From NCBI GenBank assembly GCA_965214705.1, contig OZ243972.1, positions 2,880,001-2,944,000 on the forward strand: a stretch of DNA of 64,000 bases. Reading direction: 5' to 3'. The notes below the pieces were generated by a model. That model was not told the origin of the DNA. It made no database searches and saw only the letters and a program-made list of their open reading frames with translations. Made by a program: the position numbers and the translations under genes. The stretch is from Alphaproteobacteria bacterium. GTDB lineage: Bacteria > Pseudomonadota > Alphaproteobacteria > UBA828. Below are positions 19,418 to 28,832 of the stretch, piece after piece. Each line of letters opens with the position of its first letter. Within the stretch, counting starts at the first letter, position 1.

Positions 19418-19879
19418 ATGGCTGTGCAACTCGACGGCGTCGATCGGAATATCCTTGCGGCGATGCAGGAGGATGCGTCGCGCTCCCTCGACGACATTGC
19501 AGAGAAAGCCGGCGCCTCGCGGACACCCGTGTGGCACAGAATACGAAAGCTCCGGGCCGCGGGGATCATCAGGAAGAACACGGTGCTTCTCGACCCCGAC
19601 AAGCTGGGGCTGGAGGCGTGCTTCTTCGTGCTCATCCGGACCTCCGAGCACCAGAAGGACTGGCAGGAACGGTTTCTGGAGACGCTGAAGGGACGGCCGG
19701 AGGTGATGGAGGCCCACCGTCTGGCCGGCGACGTCGACTACATCCTGAAGGTCCGGGTGCGGAACGCCAGGGCCTACGACGATTTCTACCAGGCGCTCAT
19801 TTCCCAGGTGAAGATCTTCAACATCACCTCCCTGCTATCCATGGAGGAGATCAAGTCGACGACCGAGTTGCCTCTCTAA
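19418..19879 (+). CDS. Lrp/AsnC family transcriptional regulator (DecR-like)
   Basis: LDGVDRNIL...TPVWHRIRKL HTH, HRLAGDVDYILKV, SMEEIKSTTELPL; RBS GGAGG; divergent from cysG. Confidence 0.92.
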   Translation: MAVQLDGVDRNILAAMQEDASRSLDDIAEKAGASRTPVWHRIRKLRAAGIIRKNTVLLDPDKLGLEACFFVLIRTSEHQKDWQERFLETLKGRPEVMEAHRLAGDVDYILKVRVRNARAYDDFYQALISQVKIFNITSLLSMEEIKSTTELPL

Positions 19880-19891
19880 GCGCTTGATGCT

Positions 19892-20100
19892 TGCAGTGGG
19901 CTCCTGAGACGGCACAGTTTCATGCGGCCGATTTGACCGGGGTGCGGGAGTGGTTCTCCTCGAAGCGGTTGGGGCTGAGGTATCCGAGCGCCGAGTGTAG
20001 GCGCCTCTCGTTGCAGCTGTCGATGAAGCGCGGCAGATGTTCCGCGACGTCGTCTACGCTCTCGAAGGCCATGGGATAGACGCCCTCGACCTTCAGCGTC
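19892..20100 (-). mobile_element. IS3-family right-end remnant (transposase tail plus IR)
   Basis: Translated tail LKVEGVYPMAFE...NERRLHSALGYLSPNRFE is an IS3 integrase-core end; followed by ...GGAGCCCACTGCA. Confidence 0.82.
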
Positions 20101-21550
20101 GTCTTGAGCGCCTTGTAGGCGTCGTTCGCGCCGAGGAAGTAGGCGTGGCGGACGAAGAAGCTCTCCTCGTTGTAGTCGGCGTCGACGAACCAGCAGGCGA
20201 TGCCGTCGGCGCCGTCGCTCCCCACCTCGCCGGTGTTGGGGTGGAAGACGTCCACGCCGTTGATCCGCACCCGGATGGTTTCGTCGCCGTCCGGCAGGAT
20301 GTCGATGTCGGGATCGCCGAAGATGACGAAGAGGTTGCCCTTGCCGGTGTTCTTGAGATCGCCGGCCATGTGCAGGTCGGCGTTCATGCGCGCCTTGAGC
20401 ACCGGGATTGGCCCCAGCTTTTCGAACTCGGCGGCGTGGGCGTCGTAGCTGGAGGCGCAGGCGATTAGCACGTCGAAGTCGGCTTCGGCGGTCTCGCGCG
20501 CGGCGGCGACCAGATCCGGCTTGGCGATGGTGCCGAACTCCGGCCCGATGAAGACGCCGGCACGCCGCGTGGCGCCTTCTTCGCCGCCGCCCTCCACATA
20601 GCGCCCCTCCGCGCAGACGTAGTGGCCGGGCCAAGGCGTGAGCGCGGTGAATTCGATGCGGTCCTCCCTGTGCGCCTGCTGCACACCGGCGGTCCGGAGG
20701 TTCTCCAGGATCATCTCGGTGAAGTTCGCCGCCTCGCCGTAGCCGAGCTTCTGGTCGGTGAGTGCGGAGAAGAACTCGTCGTTCTCGTCCACCGCCAGCA
20801 TGCGGTGCGGCGCCAGGCTCTCGACCGTGAAGGGGCCGGCGACGCGGATGCGCGCGTTGTCGACATAGGGCTTGTCGTAGAGATACTCGTGGTCCGCCTT
20901 GGCAGCGATGGAGGCGTCGATTTCCTTCTGGCGGGCGATGCGCGCTTCCCACCAGTCGGCGTGCGCGGCCGTGGCGTCGGCGGGCCAGTCGTCGCCAGCC
21001 TCGCGGGGGATTTCCCACTCTTCCCGCGCTTCGCCGAGAGCGGCGTTGAGGCGGGTGAGGAGCGGTTCCAGGGTCTCCTGCCAGCGCTCCCAGATCACGT
21101 CGATTTCGGCGTTGTTGGCGATGGATTTGAGGGTGATGTGCGGCACGCGCTCGTAGACGAAACCCTGGCGGATGTTGTTACCGGTCGGCGCCTCGGACGG
21201 CGCGCGCTGTGTGATCTCGGCTTCCTTCTTCTGCCCCTCGGGGCTGTCGGCGAGCAGATACCAGGGATAACGCGCGCCCATGATACGCGCCCGCGCCAGC
21301 GCCACGCGGGAGGTGTCAACGGTGATCTATTGCCGGCCCTACTGCTCGGACACGTAAGCCGTGGTGCCGGAGCCGCAGGTCGGGTCCAACACGAGATCGC
21401 CGGAGGCGGTGGTCTTCAGGATGCAGCATTCGATGGGCTTCGAGCCCGTTTGAACTACATACTTCTTGCCTAACGCAGGGGCCGCATCTAGCCAAATGTT
21501 GTGAATAGGAGAGGGGCTTCCCAAGGTTTGAGAGACACCCTCGGGACACG
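20090..21550 (-). pseudogene. Site-specific DNA methyltransferase (type III Mod-like), truncated and with stops
   Basis: YVVQT, DLVLDPTCGSGTTA, EQ*GRQ*ITVDTSRVAL (two TAG where Trp is expected), AGPFTVES, WFVDADYNEESFFVRHAYF; N-terminal DPPY half absent. Confidence 0.85.
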
Positions 21551-21561
21551 GCAAATTTGCG

Positions 21562-24018
21562 TCAATCAACAGATACGGAAGAGCCCTCAGGGTCTCCAGT
21601 ATTGTAGCGCTTCCAAACCGGCACGAACGATTCGAGCTTGTATCCCTTCGGCGTCGCACCCGACTCGAGCCGGATCGTGCACGGCGTGATCTTGAAGCGC
21701 TTGAGCAGCTTCGCCAGACCACGCGGAGATAGTGGCCGATTGCGTGAATATTCCGACCAAGGGTGCCCCTCCATTGCGATTAGTGCCGGGAGGATGGCGG
21801 GATTAAATTTGTCGTAGGCGGCGTCAGATTTGCCGGTTGGCAGATGCGGCGGATCCGCTGCTTCGTAAAACACCTGCCGCATATCGGCCAGCAGTATTTC
21901 TGCTATGTCCGTCTCATCGATGGTAGCAGCCGTGATGGCCATGCAGGCTCTCCACGCGCGACCGTTTGTCTCGGCCCACTCTCCGCCTGCGCATTCGGCG
22001 ATCGAATGCAACGGTGCCCAAGCGTCGCGGGCCCGGTCGTGGAGGCCGGGCGGGAAGACCACATCACGCCGTGGTTTAGCCAGCGACGCGCCATTGTCAT
22101 TCGTCCATCGGGCCATTTTCCGCCGGATGGCTTGCGTCTCTTCCTTATTGCGGTCCCCCCAGAACGGCATATTCTTGGCGCCCGACGTGCGACGTTCCAG
22201 CTCAATCACGATTGAGCGATCAAGTATTGTACCGGGAACAGTGCCGATTCCGACGATGACCTTGGGGCAGTATGTGGCAAAGCAAGCTGGTTGCCAAATG
22301 TCTCCCAGTTTGACCATGCGCAATGCTTGAGCGCCCTTTAGGCGTTGAGAGCCATTGATTAGGCCACGCAAGTTTTCATCTTCTCTAAGGTACGTATCGG
22401 CCTCGTCGAGAAGAATTGTTGGCCGATGCTGCTCGATCGTACGGAATAGAGCTGCCGATGTTGTGTGCCCGCTTAAGTTCAGCGGGCGAATTGCGAATTC
22501 CTCAATCACCTCCACCAACAGGGACTTGCCGCACCGCTTTGTCGCGCTTGTGATGTTCAGGAAGGTCGATATTTCCCATTGATTATGTGACCACGAATAC
22601 ATGACCCATAGTGCCGCGGTATCGGCCTGCGCCTCCGACATGTCGACATGGAATTTGAACTGTGCGGCCAGTTCACCTAGCAATTCGTCACCGTTTACTT
22701 TGTCGTGCCAGAGCTCATCCTCCGGCCACTCCAATGTCTGCCCTCGCGAGGCTAGGAGTTCCAGATCTTGGCTCCTCTTTTTCAGTTCTCTGTCAAGCTC
22801 TCCGACAGGCACCTTAGCCTTGAACCGCAGACTGGCTCTAAGGCGCATCCACGAGGCCATGTTGGTGTGCTTAAGTTTCCTTATCTTCTCTACGATTTCC
22901 GGCTCGAACGGAGCGCCGGGGTCATTCTCCGCTCGCTTAAGGAGATCTTTAGTCCAGTCCGTGCTGTCTGCTATATCCGTCGTATCTGTGGCTTCGCCTG
23001 CGTCCGGTGAGTCCGGCGCGTTTGGGGCCGCGCGCTCATCCGGCGTGTCTGCGGTACCGCCGGCACCCGGCGTGTCCGCGGCTTCGCCCGAGCCCGGTGT
23101 AACTGCGACTTGGAGCTTCGGCGGCTCGTAGTCCTTCGCCAGGCCCTTGAGCCAGTTGGCGGCGCCTTCGGTGCCGCCCTTCTCGAACTCGTCGGCAATG
23201 TCGTCACCGCTTTCGCCGAGGGGGAGCGCGACGCGCACCTTGCACTCGTGCTTCACGAGAAGTTGAACGATTCCAGTCATCGCCTCGCGCCCGGTCTCGT
23301 CGGCGTCCGAGACGAGCAGGACCTTGCGGCCGTAGATCGGCGAGAAATCGGTGAGCCGCCATGATTGGGTGCCGTGTGACCAAGTGGTGACGCAGGCTTT
23401 CGGAAACGCCTCGAGCGTCGCGTGGACGCACTTCTCGCCCTCGACGACGATGACCTGCTGGCCCTTGGGGGCCTTTAGGAGCCGGGGCAGAAGGTAGAGC
23501 GGGCGATCCTTCTTCATGAGGTTCTTGATGATCCAGCCGCGTTTGTTCCCCTTCTTGCCGCGCGTGTAGGGCCAGAACCTCCTTTTGCCGTCGGGGCCCG
23601 GCGGGAGCTTCGCGATTTTGAACTTGAGCCGGCCTTCAGCGTCCACGTAATCCCAAATCGCGAGCGCGTTCCGGGGCAGCTCGGTAACGAACGGAGGTTG
23701 TTTAGGCTTGGCGTTGGCCTTGTGATCCGGGGAGCGGTCGAGGCCTTCACGGCTCGGTTGTGCCCCATTAGAAGGCGACCCTTTGTGCAAGCGAAGGGCC
23801 GCCTTCTTAGTGAGTTTACGGGCCTTCTCGAGGTAGGTGACGCAATCACCCCCCTCGCCACAGCCAAAGCACTTGTAGAGGCCTCCTTTCCCCTTCTCGA
23901 GATCGATGCTGAAGGATGGGGTCTTCTCTTGGTGGAAGGGACAGAGCGCCACCCACCGGCTGCCTTCCTTGCGCGGCTCGATGCCGTCCTCGCGGAGGTA
24001 GTCGAGCAACGTCTTCAC
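21562..24018 (-). CDS. Primase-like replication protein: CHC2 zinc finger, Toprim and DUF3631-type C-terminal domain
   Basis: CPFHQEKTPSF...CFGCG, VVEGEKC, DADETG, DDIAD; C-terminal KRCGKS, LLDEAD, DRARDAW, RLESGATPKGY. Confidence 0.85.
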   Translation of the reverse strand: MKTLLDYLREDGIEPRKEGSRWVALCPFHQEKTPSFSIDLEKGKGGLYKCFGCGEGGDCVTYLEKARKLTKKAALRLHKGSPSNGAQPSREGLDRSPDHKANAKPKQPPFVTELPRNALAIWDYVDAEGRLKFKIAKLPPGPDGKRRFWPYTRGKKGNKRGWIIKNLMKKDRPLYLLPRLLKAPKGQQVIVVEGEKCVHATLEAFPKACVTTWSHGTQSWRLTDFSPIYGRKVLLVSDADETGREAMTGIVQLLVKHECKVRVALPLGESGDDIADEFEKGGTEGAANWLKGLAKDYEPPKLQVAVTPGSGEAADTPGAGGTADTPDERAAPNAPDSPDAGEATDTTDIADSTDWTKDLLKRAENDPGAPFEPEIVEKIRKLKHTNMASWMRLRASLRFKAKVPVGELDRELKKRSQDLELLASRGQTLEWPEDELWHDKVNGDELLGELAAQFKFHVDMSEAQADTAALWVMYSWSHNQWEISTFLNITSATKRCGKSLLVEVIEEFAIRPLNLSGHTTSAALFRTIEQHRPTILLDEADTYLREDENLRGLINGSQRLKGAQALRMVKLGDIWQPACFATYCPKVIVGIGTVPGTILDRSIVIELERRTSGAKNMPFWGDRNKEETQAIRRKMARWTNDNGASLAKPRRDVVFPPGLHDRARDAWAPLHSIAECAGGEWAETNGRAWRACMAITAATIDETDIAEILLADMRQVFYEAADPPHLPTGKSDAAYDKFNPAILPALIAMEGHPWSEYSRNRPLSPRGLAKLLKRFKITPCTIRLESGATPKGYKLESFVPVWKRYNTGDPEGSSVSVD

Positions 24019-24310
24019 GGGGGCAAGATCCCGCAGAGGCCCGCGATCTGCTCGAACCAGCCTTCAGGGTAGCCCTGCTCGTGGCGGATCCGCTCGATCT
24101 CCACACAGGGATCGTGGGACCGCCGCGCCTCGCGGATCCGGCGCTCGACGTCCGAGCTCCTAGGCTTCTTGCCGCCGCTCTCGCCGTGCTTGGTCTTCGG
24201 CAGGACCTCCTGCAGCTCGACGCCCACCTCGAGCACAGTCTTGGTCGCCGGCGGTGTCCCGCAGGTCGGGCATGCGGGCTTGCGGGCAGGGTAGACCGTG
24301 GCGCTGTTGC
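24015..24310 (-). pseudogene. Possible C-terminal remnant of a phage-type helicase
   Basis: CPTCG knuckle, ELQEV and GYPEGW resemble phage SF2 helicase C-termini; TGA overlaps the primase start; no convincing 5' part. Confidence 0.4.
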
Positions 24311-24423
24311 GAGCGCCGCGGGTGCGGGCTAAGTTATTTGCGGTCTCGTGTCGATTATGAGATCCGCCGCGCCCGTCCTGGACCCTGCATCCAGGCGGGC
24401 GCGTTCCTTTTCGAACCATAGGA

Positions 24424-24636
24424 TCATGACTTGCCCGCGTGCTGGCGCTTCGCATCGGGGAGATCTGCCAGCCACTTCTGGATGTCGGAGAGGCGCCACG
24501 CGACTGCGCCGTTTGACCCAGGCCCGATACGCTTTGGAAGCGGAAAGCGCCCCTCTCGCATTGCGGCGTAGAGTCGCGAGGTGCTCATGCAGGTTATCTC
24601 CTCGACCTCGGGCCGGCGTAGCAGCCTGTCCGCCAT
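24424..24636 (-). CDS. alpA: AlpA family excisionase/regulator
   Basis: RLLRRPEVEEITCMSTSRLYAAMREGRFPLPKRIG...VAWRLSDIQKW; alternative start at 24669. Confidence 0.9.
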   Translation of the reverse strand: MADRLLRRPEVEEITCMSTSRLYAAMREGRFPLPKRIGPGSNGAVAWRLSDIQKWLADLPDAKRQHAGKS

Positions 24637-24728
24637 CAGGTCGGTTGCTGGTGTGCCATTTGTGGCCATGGGCCCGCTCCTGTTCATCGAACTTGCCCAG
24701 GAATAGGTAATAATTGCTGCCCGCACGA

Positions 24729-24755
24729 GAGACAGAATTCGCGGAATTGTGTCCC
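24729..24755. promoter_or_regulatory. Imperfect palindrome upstream of alpA (putative operator)
   Basis: GAGACAGAATTC-GCG-GAATTGTGTCCC, 10/12 inverted match. Confidence 0.45.
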
Positions 24756-24984
24756 TGTTAGGAGACCGCGTCTGCCTTCGCCTCCCTCTTCTTCGCCTTC
24801 TTCCTCACCCGGTCCCGTATTTTTGCCGTGAAAGTTTCTTCGGGACGGGCACGAGTAGGGGAATTACGACGAGGCGTCGCGTTGTCGGCGTGAGGCCGCG
24901 CTCGCGGCGCTTGGAGACGCGGTCGGACTTCGGGCTGCCCTGGATTGTGGCCCGGTGCCGACCGTGCTCCGACCAGGTAATGCT

Positions 24985-26247
24985 TCAGGCGGTCGCGGCC
25001 ATGGCAGTTGGGATACGACCGGGCTCGAGCAAGCCGTGCCGGCGGAGCATGCGGATCCAGCGCGGGGCATTTCGCCTGACCATGAGGGCTTCGTAGTCGG
25101 CTTCCGGATCGTAGTAAGGCTTGGCGTCGCGCAACACGACGTAGAGGACCCGCAGCATCTTGTGCGCGGTGGCGACGATGGCCCGCTTGTAACCGCGTCG
25201 GATCATGAGAGCCTTGTGGTAGCCGCGGAACTGGCAGCCATGGGTTCGCGCCGCGCCATGAGCGCATTCGACGAGCACGGCGCGCAGGGTCTTGCTGCCC
25301 ATGCGTGTGCGGGCGGCACGGCGCTTTCCGGCGCTTTGGCTGTTGCCGGGACAGAGACCGGCCCATGCGGCAAGCCGATCAGTGGAGCCGAAGGCGTCGA
25401 GGTCGGGGCCGATCTCGGCGAGGATGGCGCAGGCCGAGGCCCGGTCGATCCCGGGGATGGTCTGGAGAAGCAGGATGCGGTCCTCCCAGGGCACGAAGCC
25501 ATCGTCGATGGCCCGGTCGAACCCCTGGATGCGCTCCTCCAGCGCATCGTGCTCGCGAAGCAGATCGCACAGGATCAGGCGGTCCGCAGCGCTGAGGGAG
25601 AGGCTGAGGGCGTCGCCGAGCCGCTCGACCTTGTGCGCCACATGGTGGCTGAGCGAGGCCAGGATGGCGTCCGGTCCGAGCCCCTCAGCCAAGCCGTCGA
25701 GAACCCGTCTCCCGTTCGTGCCGAAGACGTCGGAGAGGACACCGCCGACGCGCACGCCGCTGCGGTCCAGGACCTTCTGCACCCGATTGCGCACCCGGCT
25801 GCGCTGACCGACGAGGGCGCGCCGGTAGCGGGTAAGTGCGCGCATCTCCCGGAACGCCTTGGGCGGCACGTGGCTGGGGCTTGCCAGACCGAACTGACAG
25901 ACCCGCGCCAGCCAGACGCTGTCCGCCACATCGGTCTTGCGGCCCTTCAGCTGCTTGACCTGCCGGGCGTTGACCAGCACCACGGAGATGCCGGCCGCCT
26001 CCAGCGCTTCGAACGGTGCCACCCAGTAGATGCCGGTGCCCTCCATCACTGCGGCATCGACTTTGCGCGCGAGCATCCATGCCACCATCTCGTCGATGCC
26101 GCTGGGCAGAGCCTCGAAGGTCCGCGTCGCGATCTGCGGCTCGCCGCCGCCGGGTGCACAGATGCGGATCGATGTGGTGATCTGCATCTTGTGCACGTCA
26201 ATGCCGGCGGCACGAGCATGGACGACGTGCAGTGTGTCGGTTCTCAT
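24985..26247 (-). CDS. IS110-family DEDD recombinase/transposase
   Basis: GIDVHK, MEGTGIYW, GRKTDVADS, TIPGI, CPGNSQSAGK, AHKML; RBS GAGGTG. Confidence 0.95.
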   Translation of the reverse strand: MRTDTLHVVHARAAGIDVHKMQITTSIRICAPGGGEPQIATRTFEALPSGIDEMVAWMLARKVDAAVMEGTGIYWVAPFEALEAAGISVVLVNARQVKQLKGRKTDVADSVWLARVCQFGLASPSHVPPKAFREMRALTRYRRALVGQRSRVRNRVQKVLDRSGVRVGGVLSDVFGTNGRRVLDGLAEGLGPDAILASLSHHVAHKVERLGDALSLSLSAADRLILCDLLREHDALEERIQGFDRAIDDGFVPWEDRILLLQTIPGIDRASACAILAEIGPDLDAFGSTDRLAAWAGLCPGNSQSAGKRRAARTRMGSKTLRAVLVECAHGAARTHGCQFRGYHKALMIRRGYKRAIVATAHKMLRVLYVVLRDAKPYYDPEADYEALMVRRNAPRWIRMLRRHGLLEPGRIPTAMAATA

Positions 26248-26269
26248 GATCTCACCTCTCGCTTGGGGA

Positions 26270-26460
26270 AGGCGGAGGCGGACGGGCCGGTCGGACTGAA
26301 CACACACCCGCCTCGGGTGCGGTGCGGTTTGCCGCGCGTCCACGGCTCGGCGGCCGGGAACAATCCGGGGCTCGGAGCCGACCGGCCGGGGCCAGTTTTT
26401 GATCGGGAAGCAGTGCTCACCACTAAAACGACGGCCATTGTGCCGCCTCCACCGACCGTG
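26270..26460 (-). ncRNA. Predicted bridge RNA in the IS110 left end (boundaries approximate)
   Basis: 9-nt ATCAAAAAC (26395-26403) matches the left target flank plus core; GCGGCAAAC (26327-26335) matches the donor junction at 8/9; each precedes a hairpin. Confidence 0.72.
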
Positions 26461-27336
26461 ACTCTAATGCCGCTATGCCACGCAGGGGCAGCGTTCATTC
26501 CCTCGACCGAGGCACCGGACTTTCATCATCCGGGGTGGATCGCTACACGCCGGCCATGTCTGTTTTTGATGGTCTCCGGGTCCGCATCGATGAGGCCTTC
26601 CTTTCGACACGCCGCTGCAACTATCTCCAGCGCATCCTTCAGTTTCGAGTTTGTCAGCTTGACCAAGATATCGATTGCCAAAGTAATCTTCTGGTCGCGC
26701 CTCCAATTCATCGGCTTCGGTCCCCGTCGGCGCTCTGGACGATCAGTGAACAGCGCGGTGCTCACCCAATTTCGCAGACTGGGCGGAATCGGCTCACCCA
26801 AACTGACAATCAAAGCCACGAGATGACGCAATAAACTGTCGGCTCGCGGGTCGGTCTTGGCCTGTTCCAGCCACTTTCGGCATTGCAGACATGCGTCGAA
26901 CCGGTAGTAGACATCGAGCATGCTGATAGCCTTGTAGCGCACAATGGCGTCTTGGTAGGTCAATCCGGCTAGCGTTCCGTCCCCGACATTCAAGATGTGC
27001 CTGGCCATCAACTCGCGCCGAGAGTCGATCTTCTCCGCTGCCTCTCTATCTCTCGACGCAGGCTCCAAGAATGGACTAAAGCGCTTCTCTTCAGTGGCCG
27101 CTACATTCCAGCCCCGATCAAACTCTGGATCATCATCCCCTCCGTCGTTAGGTTTTGGATTATCAACGACCAAGCTTTGGCACGCTTTGAAGTGGTCGAT
27201 CCGATCTTTCTCACTTAGGTATTGCTTCAGGTCCGCCAAGCTGTGTTCGATCAAGAAGGGGCCATCCTCATAGACGAGGGCGTGGAGGCGAGGAGGGACA
27301 GGGGGCGAGCACCCTTCCAGGCAGGGGCAACGTGGC

Positions 27337-28529
27337 CTATCCAAGGTGGCGCACCATCGGCACGACGCGTCCTTCCTCGCCCTCCAGGTAGGCCGCCCAT
27401 TGCTCCATAAGAGCGCGGCGCTTCTCGAGCAGCGTAGACCGCGCGTAGGCCGCCTCGACGGCGTTGCCCACTGCGTGGGCCAAGCAAAGCTCCATGACCG
27501 CGTGTGGCGCGTTCGTACACTCGCCCGCCCAGTCCCGGAAGCTCGACTGGAAGCCGTGGACGGTGGTGCGATCGGCGAATTCGAGATCGCGCAGCAGCTT
27601 GGTCAGTGTCATGTCACTCATCGGCTTGCCCGGCCGCAGAGGCGACGGAAATACGAGGTCGCTACCGAAATGTTGGAAGGACTTGGCTTCCGCCAAAATC
27701 GCCATGGCCCGAGGCGAGAGGGGCACCCGGTGCTCGACCTTGGCCTTAATGCGTTCCGCTGGGACGGTCCAGGTGGCGGCGTCCATATTTATCTCTGACC
27801 AGAACGCCCCACGCGCCTCGCCGCTGCGCGCGGCCGTCAGGATCAGGAACTCGAGACACCACTTCGACGCCAGGGAGGCTCTCGATCACCGCACCGCCTC
27901 GATCACCTTATGCACCTCTTCGTAGGGCATCGCTCGAAAATGGTTTTTGACTCTCGGCATGGGCGGCAGAGCACCGTCGATGGTCTCGCCGGCGACGTTA
28001 TTCTCGACATACCCGTGAGCCATGGCCCACTTGAGGATCGTGCAGACGCGCTGCCGCACGCGCCGCGCGCTTTCCATGCGTACATGCCAATGGGTGTAAG
28101 GATTCGCAGCATGTCCTCTCGGCCGATCCGGTCAACGGGCATGTCGCCGATGACCGGAAAGGCGTGCCGCTCAAGCGACTGCCACCAGCCCACCGTGCGC
28201 TTGCCGTTCCGCCATCGCGGCTTGTTAGCCTCGAACGTTCGTTCCGCAGCCTCGCGAAACGTGGGTGTAGCGACCTTGCGCTTCTTGGCGAGCGGGTCGC
28301 CGCCGGCCGCGATCAACCTGCGGTTGTGGGCTACAGCCTCGCGAGCCTGGGCAAGTCCGACATCTGGGAACCGCCCCAGACCGATATCTCGCCGCTTGCC
28401 TGCGACCACCACGCGCTGGATCCACGACCGTGCGCCGGTGCGTGAGATCTTGAGGTAGAGTCCGGCTCCGTCGCCGTGCAAGCTGGGCGTCTTCAGGCTC
28501 CGTATCCTCGCTGCTGTCAGTTTCGGCAT
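27337..28529 (-). pseudogene. P4-like (Arm-DNA-binding) tyrosine integrase, inactivated
   Basis: DGAGLYL, GLGRFPDVGL, TAARSGE; 1-bp deletion near 28089, TGA at 27886-27888, catalytic HGFR changed to HGFQ. Confidence 0.9.
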
Positions 28530-28668
28530 TTCCCATCCCCACATTCGTGCCAACATCAATGTTGGGAATATATGTAAAGCGCTGAGAACACGCGGGAGAG
28601 ATTGTCTCTATAAGATACTGAAGTAGGGGAGTTTTTAGAACTTTCCGAAAGCACTTGGGGAAGGAGAT

Positions 28669-28756
28669 TGGCGGAGGGACGGGGATTCGAACCCCGGACA
28701 CCTCTCGGTGAACACGCTTTCCAGGCGTGCGCCTTAAACCACTCGGCCATCCCTCC
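28669..28756 (-). tRNA. tRNA-Ser(GGA)
   Basis: 88-nt cloverleaf GGAGGGA...TCCCTCC-GCCA, anticodon loop CT-GGA-AA, long variable arm CACC-GAGA-GGTG, GTTCGAATC T-loop. Confidence 0.97.
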
Positions 28757-28767
28757 GCGGGGGCGGA

Positions 28768-28795
28768 ACAATAGCAACAACCCCTGGCGCTGCAA
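28768..28795 (-). promoter_or_regulatory. Putative sigma70 promoter of tRNA-Ser
   Basis: TTGCAG-N16-TATTGT followed by a GC-rich discriminator. Confidence 0.55.
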
Positions 28796-28832
28796 TATCG
28801 GAGACACCATATAGGCCGAAAGGAGGCGTCAT

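Larger units (their letters stand above)
24823..26563 (-). mobile_element. IS110-family insertion sequence with long non-coding left end
   Basis: Junctions ATCAAAA-AC-AGAC and ACGGCAA-AA-ATAC; excision restores the host frame; short sub-terminal IR TGAAAGT/ACTTTCA. Confidence 0.88.
24758..27344 (-). pseudogene. Hypothetical island protein, interrupted near its 3' end by IS110
   Basis: Removing IS110 restores ...DPETIKKIRDRVRKKAKKREAKADAVS*. Confidence 0.75.
20090..28668 (-). mobile_element. Decayed satellite-like integrative element at the 3' end of tRNA-Ser (int - hypothetical - alpA - primase - methylase)
   Basis: P4-like integrase starts 140 bp after the tRNA; alpA and primase/DUF3631 genes follow; no capsid genes and no distal att copy seen. 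Confidence 0.72.

Noticed and set aside
21327-21341. Two TAG codons at Trp positions in the methylase, suggesting stop-codon recoding
   Set aside because: TAG ends normal genes here (e.g. 2207-2209) and the gene is also truncated; simple TGG>TAG decay explains it.
27886-27888. In-frame TGA in the integrase as possible selenocysteine
   Set aside because: The gene also has a frameshift and a catalytic R>Q change; it is a pseudogene.
9756-28668. Distal att copy of the tRNA-Ser 3' end
   Set aside because: No TGGCGGAGGGACG-like repeat was found by eye; it may be deleted or outside the window.
28669-28756. Long-armed tRNA as possible tRNA-Sec or suppressor
   Set aside because: Anticodon is GGA with a 7-bp acceptor stem: an ordinary tRNA-Ser.
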